Of a stretch of 64,000 bases of DNA, positions 13,455 through 29,150 are shown one piece after another; positions within the stretch are counted from its first letter, which is position 1, and each line of letters begins with the position of its first letter. The notes below the pieces were generated by a model. That model saw only the letters and a list, made by a program, of their open reading frames with translations. It was not told the origin of the DNA and made no database searches. This stretch comes from Chrysomallon squamiferum. Lineage: Eukaryota > Animalia > Mollusca. A program made the translations under genes and the position numbers. The stretch covers positions 9,238,001 through 9,302,000 of the forward strand of contig CM022678.1 of assembly GCA_012295275.1 (NCBI GenBank), read 5' to 3'.

Positions 13455-14774
13455 TCATAACCAATTTATCACCCAAATTCAATTTTTTTTCACAACTTTT
13501 ATTATAAAACTATGTGACACTCTATCAAAAGCTTTTTCTTGATCCATTTTAACAACAAACCCTTCAGTATTATTTAACTCAGCAATATCTGTAACATCCC
13601 TCACTACATAATATTATCAGCAACATCTCTTCCTTTTACACAACAGCTTTGTTCTGATGAAATAATAGTTGACATAACCTGTTTAACATGATTAGCAAGA
13701 ACTTTAGAAATAATTTTATAATCTACATTTAAAAGACTGATAGGTTTGTAATTTTTAAGGTTTGCTTTATCTCCAGTTTTTTCCTGTAAAAAAGATTAGT
13801 TACCCCTTTTTTCATACTATGCGACAACATTTCCTCTTTTTGAATTGAAATAACTACTTTATGAATTTTTTTTTTTTATTTTCCAGTATTTAACATAAAA
13901 TTCAACTGATAGACCATCCATATCAGGTGATTTATTTCTATTCATTTCTTTTAAAGCTTCAGTTAATTCTTTAACTGTAATGTCAATCTCACACTTTTCA
14001 CTTTCAGATTCTTTTAGTTGATATTAAATATATTATTTCTTCCTGTTTAATAGTATCTACATTTTCTTGTGTAAATAATTTTGAATAAAATTCATAAGCA
14101 TATTCTAATATATCTTCCATTTTTCTAGTTAATCCATTTACTGTTTTTAGTTCTTTAATAGAATTTGATTCCTGTTTTGATTTTTCTAAACTAAGAAAAA
14201 TATTATATATTTCTATCCATATCTAAATTCCATTGAGCTTTAGATCTTAAAATAGCACCATTACACTTAATCTCTAAATTAATTTTAACTTTTTTTCTTT
14301 GTATGTTACTCAAATCATGATGCTTATTTACAACTAGTTTAGGATATTCTCATTTTAAAGCATTTTGTATATTATAATATTTTTCATTGTCTAATTGTCT
14401 CTTATTTAGTGCAGAATCTTTTATATTTTAAGTTATTTGATCAAACAACAGGTTCAGTCTGTAACAAAGGACCCTCAGAAGCATTATTAATTACTTCAAC
14501 AAGAGCTTTACAAAAAATTTCATCTTTCAACAATTCATTATTAAAAATTCAAATACCTTCACATCTCTCTACTTGAGAAAAATCTATTTTAAGTGATAAA
14601 AAATTGTAATCACTAACTGAGGTATAGGATATGTATGCATTACTTATAAACTGTAATAAATTTTGAGAAATTAAAAATAAATCAATTTTGACTGTTTTAT
14701 AGTTTTTTCAACATTTTGAGATCTAGTAAATTGTTTTTTATCTGGATTTCAAACCAAATATCAACTAAATTATA
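13455..14774 (-). mobile_element. Decayed Tx1/L1-clade non-LTR retrotransposon fragment (end of endonuclease to early RT), cut by the gap
   Basis: The minus strand shows DGLSVEFY, KNYKPISLLNVDYKIISKVLAN and MDQEKAFDRVSH motifs. It is near-identical in inverted orientation to 27249-27965 and to 49480-49820. Confidence 0.92.
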
Positions 14775-14974
14775 NNNNNNNNNNNNNNNNNNNNNNNNNN
14801 NNNNNNNNNNNNNNNNNNNNNNNNNNNNNNNNNNNNNNNNNNNNNNNNNNNNNNNNNNNNNNNNNNNNNNNNNNNNNNNNNNNNNNNNNNNNNNNNNNNN
14901 NNNNNNNNNNNNNNNNNNNNNNNNNNNNNNNNNNNNNNNNNNNNNNNNNNNNNNNNNNNNNNNNNNNNNNNNNN
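14775..14974. other. Assembly gap (200 N)
   Basis: Run of exactly 200 N, probably a fixed-size scaffold join. Adjacency and orientation across it are uncertain. Confidence 0.99.
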
Positions 14975-15064
14975 TAACTCAGCACGCACCTGATATTGAT
15001 AAGAAATATTTTTCTATCCTCGCTGAACGACAACAATCAGCTGATCACATGACTCAGAACCACC

Positions 15065-16191
15065 GCGTGACAATGTCTGACGTGCTTGTTATCATCATCT
15101 ATTGTCGTGTTTAGAACACAATGAGAGGGATTAGTAAATTCAAACGAAGTATCGTCATGGTATAATACCACACTCATCCACTAGATAAATAACACGCCAA
15201 CAGCTTAAGTTTATTAATGTAGAAACATATTTTATAATAATACAAAAAAAAAAGTATTCTTTACGGGTTTTGGGAAAGCTAATTTAAAAAACGGAATCAG
15301 TCAACTGAAGCCTATTAAGAGCAGAATAATGATAAAACTATTCGTTTTAAGTTGCGCGCGCGCGCGTTTTGTGAAAGATATACACCTTTAATAACACAGA
15401 TTACACTGCAAAATTTCTCAACACGTCAGAACAAATCTAAGCCTAACCCGCTGTCAAACGCTTATCAAAACAAGATCAGAATTTCGAGATCCAGTCACCT
15501 CCATTTCATAAAAGGGCCCACCGGACTGTGCAAAGATTACAAATTATTAGATTACTGAAGATGTCAATGAAAACATCGAATTCAAAGAGCAAGAGAAGGC
15601 AGCCTAGACTGACACATTTTAAACTGCGTGACAATGTCTGACGTGCTTGTTATCATCATCTACGGTGTTTAAAAAACAATGAGAGGGATTAGTAAATTCA
15701 AACGAATTATCGTGATTAATACTACACTCATCCACTAGAAAAATATCTCGCGAACAGCTTAAGTTTATTAATTTAGAAACATATTTTATAACAATACAAA
15801 AAAAAAAAAAAAAAAAAAAAAAAGTATTCTTTTCGGGTTTTGGGAAAGCTAATTTAAAAAACGGAATCAGTCAACTGAAGCCTATTAAGAGCAGAATAAT
15901 TGTAAAACTATTCGTTTTAAGTTTGCGCGCGCGCGTTTTTGTGAAACATATACGCCTTTAATAACACAGATTATACAAAGATTGCAAAATTTCTCAACAA
16001 TAAGGACAAATCTAACCCACTGTCAAACGCATATCAAAATCAGGCCAAACTTTCGAGGTCCGGTGACCTCTATTTCATAAAAGGGTTCGCTGGATTGTGC
16101 AAAGATTACAAATTAGTAGATTACTGCAGATGTCAATGAAAACATCGAATTCAAAGAGCAAGAGAAGCCAGCCTAGACTGACACATTTAAA
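15065..16191. repeat. ~560-bp direct tandem duplication of a CpG-rich segment
   Basis: GCGTGACAATGTCTGACGTGCTTGTTATCATCATCTA starts at 15065 and 15626. Both copies carry a (GC)n run and end in CAGCCTAGACTGACACATTT. Confidence 0.93.
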
Positions 16192-16346
16192 AACTTTGTT
16201 TGTTTGTTACACAAAACCCGCCATAGCTAATTATCTTAATTCTAAAATTTTAAAACTTTGGTTGTTAAGCAAATACCGCCATAGCTATTTTATCTCAATT
16301 CTTAAATGTTAAAATTTTATGCTTGTTATACAGAACCCGCAGTTTA

Positions 16347-17858
<1,512 letters not shown>

Positions 17859-18498
17859 CCTCTCATAAGAATGTATTATCATTTTGTAAAAAATATGATT
17901 TGCTCTCCTGATTTGATCCTGGGATCAGACTGACATCTAGTGAAATGTCTGCAATAACAGCTAAACACTGAATTTGTTAATCACTGTTCCCCTCCACTTT
18001 ACCTTATGAAGTTGTCTATGACTCTAGCTTAAATAAAAAATATAAATAACAAAACTCAGAATAATTTAACTATTTGTTATGGAAGGAGAAAACAGGATTT
18101 AAATAAACATTTATAACTATCTATTTTAAATCTTTGAATAAAATTACCTGTCATAAATAAAAAGAAAAGCCTGTATAACAAGTGTCAGCAATAAGCTTTA
18201 GTTATTTTATGTAATATGTGTAATGACTGGTTCCACATATAGACAGACAGACAGATAGATAGAAGAAACAATTTAAATAGTATATTCTGCAAACAACCAA
18301 ATTATTCAGTCATTTGAAATGCAAGTAAAATTCAAAATTATATATCTCCAAGCAAAGTGTTTATGGTGTTTTCTGAATATGTACACAGCCAAAAATTAAT
18401 AATAGTACCATTATTACAGTACTCCCTCAGTTACTTATGCTATTGTTATTTTCATTACCTTTTACCAGTATTACTATTGCTGCTATTATTTCTAGTTA

Positions 18499-18539
<41 letters not shown>

Positions 18540-20090
18540 ATTCTATTACTAACTGCTGCAACATTATCTGTATCAGTATTTCCACAATCACATCTATTAC
18601 TTCTACTATTATTTCAAAACTATTTATATAAAAATATTCCTCACTCTTAGGAATCTGTTTCTCAAGTCTGATGAAAATGCTGGCTACAAATATATAATGA
18701 AAAACAGAAAACAAAATAATAATGAAATATTTATTTGAACAAGAAAAAGAAAAGATCAACATCAAATCTACTTTTTCATATGAAAAAGATAATTTTAGAA
18801 AAGCCTCAACAAAATTCATAATTAAAAATTTAGAAAAACATGGTCTAAGATGTACCTGAACTTCCAAATTAAAATTTATTTAAAATGTTTCAACAGGTCT
18901 TAAAGTGCTGAGACTGCTATAAATCATAAATGTACCAAGATTTCTAATTGTCCAGTGAAAGTATATTAATAGAACAAAATAAAAGAATACCAAGACATTC
19001 GGATAGAAAAAATTTAAGATGTACTAAACAAGTTGACCTATAATGTAATCTGCAAATTAATCATTAAGAAAATATCTTCCAAACAACATATCTTCTTCCA
19101 TTTTATGTTTTATTAGCATACTTTTTCAAAAATCTTTACCAGTACATTAATAAAAAAATAATCATAATAATAAAATTATCTCCCTTGAGCTATACAATTT
19201 GTATTTTTTTTAAAGCAGTAAATCAAGGATTTCTAAATCAGTCAATTTTAAAAAAAAATTCTTTTTCACACACTTGACTGTCTGGTCCAAACATTCTGTC
19301 CACTGATCTATGTCTGACTGTATCTTGCATGAATGACACTTTGAATCTGAAATCACAGTTTCACAGATTTATAAATTCTTCAGTAAGTGCAGTCCACAGT
19401 AATAACAAGTTTTTTTTTTCAGTCCTTCATATGTGTTGTGAAGATATTTTATCTTCTGCTCTGTTTTCTGTTTAGTTTGTTCAGTACAGTGAGAAAACTT
19501 GAAGAACTGGGAGATAAACACAACAAGTCACTTAGAATCAATGTCACTTCTCACATTTTCTTTCATTCTCAAAACAAGTTTATGAAAAAGGACCCTGAAA
19601 AAAATAAAATAAATATTATTAATTACAATAATAGTCAGAGTTGTATAAACAATATTATACAATTTACCATGAAAGTAGATATGAGTCAAATGGGATGGGT
19701 TATGACTTAATTATTTTCATGACTTTTTACTTACTGTTAAAAAGCCATTTATTCCATGGACAAAATCAATTTACTTTAGCTTTGTATTTATTTCATTTCA
19801 CTTTATTTCATTGTTAATCATTTATTTCAGTTCAGTTCAGTTCAATTCATTATTGTATTGTATTCTATTGTAGTGCATTGTATTTGATTTATTTGATTTT
19901 ATTGTATTATTATTTCATTTCATTTATTGTATTTCACAGCATCCCACTACATTTAATTTCATTTCAGTGATAATCATGTATCATTTCATTTCATTGATTT
20001 CACTGTATTTGCTTTGATTCCCTTCAATTCACTGATATGTATGTATATGGAGGTTTTAATGTGTGTCAATCTTTGCATGTACATCTGTTG

Positions 20091-20138
<48 letters not shown>

Positions 20139-21371
20139 TATGTTAATATATATCTACCTCTACAAGTAATTTTGTCAGTTTCCCATTTATAAACATCCAT
20201 ACAGGAACATGTATAGCCTCCATCTTAGTAGTTTTAGTTCCGAGTATAAATATTGTTCAATTACAATTGAACATAAAATATTTTTATAACTTTATTATAT
20301 TTTGTCACAACTGAACAAAAATAAAATAGTTTACAATTTTATCACATTCTGACACAACTGAACATAAAATATTTTTATAACTTTATTATATTCTGTCACA
20401 ACTAAAATAATTTACAATTTTATCACATTCTGGTATAAATGAAAATAAAATAGTTTATAATTTTATCAAATTTTGTCACAATTAAAATAACAAGAACAGA
20501 TGTAGCTTTTCTCATTGTTAGTTAAAGAAGGATACCAATCATTCATTCAACTATAAAAAAAATTATCTATTACATGAATGAATGAATTAATTAATTAATA
20601 AATATCTGTTTAATAATAGTTTAATTATTAGTTGTCAAAAATAATTTTTATTTTTATTTTTTTTTTTTTATTATTTTTAATTTTTTCATAATGTTCTTGA
20701 GACTCAAACTACAAAATCAAAGTTAGCTGTTACCAAACAGGGTTTGTTTTTTTCTTTTTTTTCTTTTTTTTCTTTTTAATTTCTTAGTCACTGAAAGCTG
20801 ATTATCTGGGTTAAATACACATTCTCTTAATTTTGAATAGAAAATTATTAAAAAATATAAAATGATATTTTTATTATTATATTTATTTATTTATTTATTA
20901 TATTTTAATGCCAAACAAAGTTAATTGTATGAGAGCTGTATTAATTAACTCATTTGTCAGTTCAAAACAGCTATTCTGTTTTCTTTGGTAATTAAAATCA
21001 CAAAAATATGTAACAAATTCATCAATCATTTGTATCATTTAATTTTTTTTTTTAAATAAAAAGGACTCATTTTTATACTATAACTATTTATTAAGTAATA
21101 GGAAATCATTTGTAACATATAACTATTTCATAAATAATAAGAAATCATTTGTAACATATAACTATTTCATAAATAATAAGAAATCATCTGTAACATATAA
21201 CTATTTATTAAATAATAAGAAATCATTTATAACATATAACTATTTATTAAGTAATAAGGAATTATTCATTGAATATAGCTGTTTATTAAATAAAACATTA
21301 TAATTAAAACTTTTTACGAAATTTTTTTAACATTGTAAATTAACTATTTATTAAGAATATATTCTACTTAC

Positions 21372-21863
21372 CTATACATTCAAATGATAGGAGACTGGCA
21401 GGTTTTTGCAGTTGCTGTTTGCTTGACATGAAACTGTTGAAACACTACATTCATCTCTGTTGTTTTCACATCACACACCACCCAGCCAGCTTTACACTGA
21501 CAATGGTCTGAGAGCAAAAATAAAATTTAATTCAAAAATAAATAAATTAAATTAAAATCAAATTTTTGTGTTAGTATTTATTATAAAACAAAATTTATAA
21601 AATTATATTAAAAGAATAATGTAAATATCATGAAAATTTGCTTCAGATTTCAAAATATAATTATGTTTTTAAAATATTTAAAAATTTATTTTTACATTAT
21701 TGTATTTTGTAATGAGAAATTCTGCTTACTAACACATGTTGTCTGGTCATTTTCAAGTTTCTTCCCAGCCAGACAGGAACAAGTGAATCCACTGATTCTG
21801 TTAGTACAAGTATCTGTGTACTTAGTAATGCTGGAATCAACTGATGTACACTCATTTATATAT
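21372..21863 (-). pseudogene. Calcium-binding EGF-domain pseudo-exons, copy A
   Basis: The exon at 21863-21730 encodes DINECTSVDSSITKYTDTCTNRISGFTCSCLAGKKLENDQTTCV, with a 2-nt AT insertion at its start. The exon at 21507-21372 encodes CQCKAGW/GV*CENNRDECSVSTVSCQANSNCKNLPVSYH, with a frameshift, a stop and a 33-bp deletion relative to copy B. Borders are AG/GT. Confidence 0.85.
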
Positions 21864-21864
21864 C

Positions 21865-21920
<56 letters not shown>

Positions 21921-22179
21921 TAATAATAATAGTAATATAATTATTATTATTGTTATTAAGAAAGAGGGATGTCTATGATTTAATAAGGGTACAGACTAAA
22001 ACTGATATCAAATATTTCTGTCTCCAACAATCTGCTGACCGCGTGACTGACACAGATAAAATACTTCTTAAAATAAATCTTCTGTTATCTTTGTTGTATT
22101 CAAGGTAATACAGTGTACAGAGGAAAAACTTGGTTTAATCGCTCAATGCAATTTAAAATATATAAAATAAAATTCAAGT

Positions 22180-22237
<58 letters not shown>

Positions 22238-23074
22238 TAAAATGCTTATTTCAATATTTTTGAAAACAAGGACTTTTTCATCTGAGACAAGACAGGCATC
22301 CCTTGCACTTTTTGCTTTGATAGGTACACTACAGTTCAAAGAAAACAAACTACTAACCTTTCTCATACTTTTTTCTAGTAGTAACCATAGTGACATAAAC
22401 TGCCTTCAGCTTTATGAGAAATCTGTTCCCATGTCAAACCCTGACTTCTACATTCTCAGTCTGAAACAAAAGTAATTTATTATTTTTAAAATGTTTTTGA
22501 CTTGTTTCTAATCAGTTTTTTGTTTACCTCAATTTAATATTAATATAAACAACATTTAAAACAGCATGAGTTCAAAAATGATAATGACTTTGTTTTATCA
22601 TTTATAAAATTAAATAAACAAACAATAATTATAGAATTAATTAATGATAGATATAAATCACAGTCTTTTCACTGTTAACTCATTGTTCACTAAACATTCC
22701 TAATTAATAGTAACAAAATTAAAATAATATTAATATTAAAACATTCTCAGGTGGCATTAAGTAATTTATAAAATCTTGTAGTAAACTGAATTATTTGTCA
22801 TTATACCCAGCATCTGTTTACAAACATGTTGAGCACATCTCAGTGTCTGAGTCTGTACAAATTTCTCTTAACTGGCAGGACTGGAGAAGTCATGTTTTTC
22901 AATGAACGCTTCACTACACACATGGTCAAGTGGTCAACCTTGGTCTTTTTTCTGGTCAGCAGAAGACTTGTTTATCCTGTAGAGAGAAAAATTACATTTA
23001 TCATTGACAAGCCTAATAAATAAATTGTAGTTAAAAAAAAAAAAAAAAAAGTTATAAAATTTATCACATATAAT

Positions 23075-24386
23075 TTCGAAACAAAAAGAAATTAAAAAAA
23101 TATTTAAAAGTTACCGAAAATATTACAATTCCATTCATATAAATATGATTAATTGCCACCAAAGTTCCGTTTCGGCGATTGGGATGGTAAAATGGTTACG
23201 GGGAAGTCGCCTTTTTCACTATAAGATATAACACAAGAGTCAGTATTAATCTGAAATATTTATTTCATACAAAAGGTTTGCTAATAGTTCGATAAAGTGG
23301 ACTTATCGGCTTACCTGAATTTGCCAACATCGATTTATAAACACTAACTTTCTAGACCGGATAGGCATGGCGCTAACTGTAGTCTTGATAAACAAAACCG
23401 CGAGTCTCGCTGACCCAGTATCGGAAAAGTGATCGGGACCGTTCGGATAATCTCGGTCGAATAGACGGAGACATTCGAGTCCTCTGTATATATCCAACAA
23501 AATCCGTTCTCCTCAGAAAAAGGCCTGGTAGCAAAAAATATTAATAATAATTAAAAAAAAAAAAAAAAAAATTAAATAAAATACAATCATATATCTGTTT
23601 CATTTAAACTTTAATTTTTAACTATGAGGAAGTGTTTTTATTTTGTGGTGGTGGTTTCGGGGGTGGGGGAGTTCCTTGTTTTTTAAGAATAGTTATGACT
23701 GCTTTTTATCCGGTTTTTGTTTTATTTTTTTAGGTTGCATTTTTGTTTTTTAAGTTAACTTTATTTTATTTTATTTTATTTTGTTAATTTACTTTATTTT
23801 TTATTTATTTATTTATAACAATTCTTTTTTGTTTCTTAAAAATTATTATCGCAATTATTTATTTATTAATATTAATAATATTTATAATTATTATGGATAT
23901 TTTTCTTAATTTCATTTTTAGCTCAGAAATGAATACAGAATAAATTTCTACAAATTTTATAATAATTTTTGTGAGAATAAACAAATTAATGACTTCTTAA
24001 ATACTAAATAAAATTAGGTTAAGGCCAGGCTAGTCTCGATAAACCACGATGTTTCGAACATAAACGGATTCGAATGTATGCTACGCTTTTCAAACCAGTA
24101 TGAACTGATGTTTGACAGCCAGTTTATTTTTGTTTTTAATTCGGTAACGTTTTACTTGTCGATTATTCAATTTAATAGAATTTTGGAAATATTTAACGAG
24201 AATCCAAATGGATTGGGATGTTTTATGTTTGTGTGATTCCAAGCGTGAATCGAATGCGGATTATGCGCACATTTTCAGCCATGGAACGAGGTAAACATGA
24301 TCATGATGTAATGTGTATCACTGTATCAGTGTATGTGTGAAAGAAGCAGAAAGAGAGGTGTTCACAGTATAAACTATAATCGTATT

Positions 24387-24390
<4 letters not shown>
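23075..24390. promoter_or_regulatory. CpG-retaining, promoter-like island (copy A)
   Basis: Strong local CpG excess in a CpG-poor background, with ATTGG (CCAAT) motifs. It has a minus-strand exon-like unit at 23524-23315 (CAG/GTAAG donor) and a plus-strand GCCATGGAACGAG/GTAAAC at 24278-24296. Confidence 0.5.
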
Positions 24391-24481
<91 letters not shown>

Positions 24482-26398
24482 GGCAATTTCACATGTAAAT
24501 CAATTTATTATAACTTTCACAAACGATAATAAGGCAGAGAAAAATGCATTTATCAGACAAATGTAGATTGATAACAAAAAATATCATGTACTTTCAAAAA
24601 TTAAACATTATATTTACTATTGACATTGCTATTTTTCGTAGGTGACTGTATTATTATTCAGATCTGTCAAGAAAGGGAATTTACATCATGGACAAGGATG
24701 AATCACCAGTTACAGAAACCATTCTTATGCAAACTGCACCATTCTGACTTGTGAGTATAATATATTTTATGTTTGTGTTTTAGAGAGTAAAATAAGATTT
24801 GTAGCAACTCTTTATTGATTATAAAATATTGTAATAAAAATCACTTATTTGCTATTGTTTTGTAATCAGTTTAATATTATAATAATTATGTTACATTATT
24901 TATTAATAACAAAGTGTACTGAAGAAATCCCACAGCCCAATTTGTCTGAATAATACAGTTCAGTTTAAATTTTGATAATAACAGAAGTATTAGTTATTTA
25001 TTTATAACTGCTTAGTTATTATTTTTATTATTATTTTATTATTATTATTATTTTATTTACTTTTTCTTTTAGAATGTGCTGATATTGGCATATGCCAGTG
25101 AAGTTGTTTCAGTAGAATGTGCTGTCCTGGCCATCAGGTTTGCTGTTGTTTTTGTTTATTTATTTATTTATATTTTTTATCTTGTTAAATATTAAAATTT
25201 GAATTTTTTTTTTTTTTTTTTTTTTTTTTATTAAACTGAGTTAGTTTGACTCTGTCAAAGTTGATTTACTTTTCTTCCTTTTATATTTTGGTAAATTATA
25301 TTTCAGTTAAAGCTGAGGTATAGTTAAAGTATTCATTTTTCTACTTTGATTATTAAATGATAGCTGAAAAGAAGGTGGAAGGATTATGATGATTGCAGTT
25401 AAACATGCAAATGTATGAATGTATGAGAAAAAGACAGAGGATTAAGGAATGGAGAGACAGGGAGAGAGGGAGAAGGAGAATGATATTTGGGGTGCATGTT
25501 TTGTATAATTTATCATATAGCCTAAAGAGACCTCATATTTTAAATTCAACATTTTGAACAAGCAATTTTAAAATTTTCAGATGAATTACACCTTTTAACG
25601 CACCCAGTGAACTTCCATCAGGCACTGAGGACACAATTATTTTCTGCTTAAATAAAGTTGGTACAGCTGCCATAGAAAAAGAAAAAAATCTGAGCAGGTG
25701 AATTGGAGTTGTTTTTATTTAAATATTTCTCATTGTTCTAAACATAATTAAGTTTAATTTAATTTAATGCAGGAGTTTGCAGTTTGTTAATAATATATCA
25801 GTAGGTAGACATGCACATACACACAAATTACATTAGTATCTTGTAAACACACACAAATTACATTAGTATCTTGTAAACACACACTACACTTTTTACCATG
25901 TACATTTGTCAGGCACATTCACATTCACACTCACATTCCTATAATTACATTCATATAAATATGATTATTTTGTTGTAAATTTCTATATTATAAAACAAAA
26001 GAAGAAGACAAGAAGCATCATATTTTAAAATGTTTAACTTTCCTGTTACCAGATTGGAACTGCCAGCCCTTCAGACAGTGTGACTGTTCCTGTGATGACA
26101 GACATACTAAAAGACATATGAGACATGTACAGTAGCTGTTGTCTGTCCTCTCTGTTGTCTGAAGTGTCTCAGTTTTCATGGTTTGTTAAATAACACATTT
26201 TGTTTTTGTAAATAAAAAGTATGAATCACATGGTAACTTTAAATTTAGCATAAAGTAAATTTATGAATCTTAATATCTAGTTAAAAGAGGATGGGGTTTT
26301 GGGGCGCTTTTTGATTTTATATTTCATAATCAACAAAATTCATATTTTATTATTAGGTCTGTTTTTTTTTTTTTTTTTTGGTTTTGAATATAATTTGT

Positions 26399-26471
<73 letters not shown>

Positions 26472-26889
26472 AGTTATCACATCCTTTTCATCCTCCTTAA
26501 CCTCTTTTACTGTGTTATTAAATATTAATTGCCTCATTGTTGTTTATTTTTTCCTCAGATATATGTTTGAAAGATGGGTTAGGAATAGCTAATTCTTTAC
26601 ATAATCTACGCCTCACCAAAACATTCTGTGAACGGCATCTTCCATCAACTTTTTCCATTTCACCTACGAGGATCTCCTGTACACACGAGACAGTGTACGA
26701 GAAAACCTCTTAGCCTTTCTCACAGAGCTGTTCTTCTGGTTTGAAATGATAAAACTGACAGAGACAGGACAGCTGCTGAATGGTCAGGAAGCAGAAAGTA
26801 AGTTTTGTGAGAGTTTTTAATTACATTGCAAGTCCACAATTGAATTGTATCTTTTATTAAATGAATTTATGAAATTTATTATTGTACTG

Positions 26890-27965
26890 GAAACATTGGG
26901 ATTTTGTCATATTCAGTTTTAGTGTTTATACTGGAGGGGTGTAGCAATACTGATATAAAAAGAATGTCTTTATAAGTTGACCTTTAATAGTTGTGACACT
27001 GAAGGCAGGATTTTAAAAATTAATACTAAAATAGATGGTGATGAATATAGTTTTATAAGTGTATATGCACCAAATAATATTGCAGAAAATATTTTATTTT
27101 TAAATGATTATGTAAATTTGTGGATTTTAAAAATATATTAATGACAGGAGATTTTAATGTAATTTTAGATCCTAATTTAGATTTAGGCATTAATAATAAA
27201 ACTTTCAGTGTGATAAGTAGTGATGAATTACAGTCAGTTATTTATAATTATAATTTAGTTGATATTTGGTTGAAATCCAGATAAAAAAACAATTTACTAG
27301 ATCTCAAAATGTTGAAAAAACTATAAAACAGTCAAGAATTGATTTATTTTTAATTTCTCAAAATTTATTACAGTTTATAAGTAATGCATATATATCCTAT
27401 ACTTCAATTAGTGATTACAATTTTTTATCACTTAAAATAGATTTTTCTTTTGTAGAGAGAGGTGAAGTTATTTGAATTTTTAATAATGAATTGTTGAAAG
27501 ATGAAACTTTTTTGTAAAGCTCTTGTTGAAGTAATTAATAATGCTTCTGAGTGTCCTTTGTTACAAACTGAACCTGTTGTTTGATCAAATAACTTAAAAT
27601 ATAAAACATTTTGCACTAAATAAGAGAAAATTAGTCAACGAGAAATACTGTAATATACAAAATGCTTTAAAATGAGAATATCCTAAACTAGTTGTAAATA
27701 AGCATCATGATTTGACTAACATACAAAGAAGAAAAGTTAAAATTAATTTAGAGATTTAGTGTAATGGTGCTATTTTAAGACCTAAAGCTCAATAGAACCT
27801 AGATATGGACAGAAATACATTTTTTTTTTTCTGAATTCAGAAAAATCAAAACAGAAATCAAATTCTATTAAAGAACGAAAAAGAGTAAATGGATTAATTA
27901 GAAAAATGGAAGATGTATTAGAATATGCTTATGAATTTTATTCAAAATTATTTACATAAAAAAAT
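26890..27965 (+). mobile_element. Decayed Tx1/L1-clade LINE fragment (AP endonuclease and linker) in a Patronin intron
   Basis: Motifs GGVAILI, ISVYAPN, GDFNVILD, SRIDLFLIS, ISDYN, GAILR and EFYSKLF, broken by frameshifts and deletions. Confidence 0.9.
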
Positions 27966-28016
27966 GTATGTTCTGTTTTAATGTTTTGTTTTTTTTAATT
28001 TTTTTAGCAAAGGTTT

Positions 28017-29150
28017 GTTTTTTTTCTGTGGAAAGATGTATTATTAGAAATATATTTTTAGTTGCTTAGTTAAAAAAGGAGTCACTTCATATTGCAGAAA
28101 CACATTTTCTTTTTCATTACCTGTATTGTTATTTACCTTTTAAGATACAAAGAACTAGTAAATAAAACATGTGGTGTATGTTTTTAAATAAAATATTTCT
28201 TCTTTATTTCAGATTTGTTATATTTTAGCAGAATTTATGTTTATCAATAATCAGGTTATAATGAAATATGTTTAAAAGAAAATGATTTTTCAACAAACAT
28301 TCATTTGTATCAGTAAATGGCATTGATATACATATAACACTAAATAATGTTACTAATAAAAACAATAAAAAATTTAATTATCTTTCTTTTTATTTATTCA
28401 GACATATACCACAAAAGAGACAAGTGTTGTTATTTAAACATCAGAATGGGACACACACAGACAGCAGAACAGACAGAGATTTTTCTCAAAAAACTGGTAT
28501 GAAAAACACAGACATTAACCTACCTGTTTGATTTACATTCTTCTTAGATTTTTTATTCGTAATATATTCTCAATACTAAGAATAAGAAAAGCAGATTAGA
28601 GCAAGGAGCAATAATGAGTAACATAATTGTAGTATACAAATAGCCTGATAAATTAGTATTCTTCCATATTTCTATATTTCCATTAGCATTGGTGTATTTC
28701 TTTTTAGCTTATATTTGTACTAAGCATAATCAAAACCATTTCTTGTTTTGTTTTAAAATAATAAAAAATACAGTATTTGCCAGAATACAGTCAGTTTTTT
28801 ATTTTGTTTTGATTTGAAAGTTTAACAATTAATTTGTTTTTTTTTGTTTCTATTATAATTTATATGATTCTTAGAAATATTTATATATCTTTAAATAATT
28901 TAAATAAATTATAAAAAAAAAAAAAAAATTCTACAAGGTTGTCAACAGAAATGTCATCAAATAATCTGTCCTAACCTGGCAGAAACAGAAGCATCTGCAG
29001 AGGAGGTTGTTGTTGTTGTTATAGTAACAGCAGTAGTAGTAGTACAACCCATTGTTGTAGTGTAGTGTTAGTACTTAATAATAATAGTTCTTGTTTGTAG
29101 TAATAGGTGATATTTTAGCCAGTGATGCTTTGTGATCATAATGTATCTTG
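28017..29150 (+). repeat. Segmental duplication block 3, copy A (copy B at 52537-54760)
   Basis: GTTTTTTTCTGTGGAAAGATGTA.. through the 95-nt exon to GCAGAGG..TGATATTTTAGC is colinear with 52537 onward. Confidence 0.9.

Larger units (their letters stand above)
20860..24390 (+). repeat. Segmental duplication block 1, copy A (copy B at 42698-45960)
   Basis: Colinear high identity, including the 39-bp repeat, the EGF exons, the AAT tracts and the CpG island. Both copies end at CGTATTGTCA. Confidence 0.96.

Noticed and set aside
14716-15114. ORFs containing X runs
   Set aside because: Artefacts of reading through the N gap.
18640-19320. Possible decayed LINE C-terminus on the minus strand
   Set aside because: The composition is suggestive, but the motifs are too eroded to support a call.
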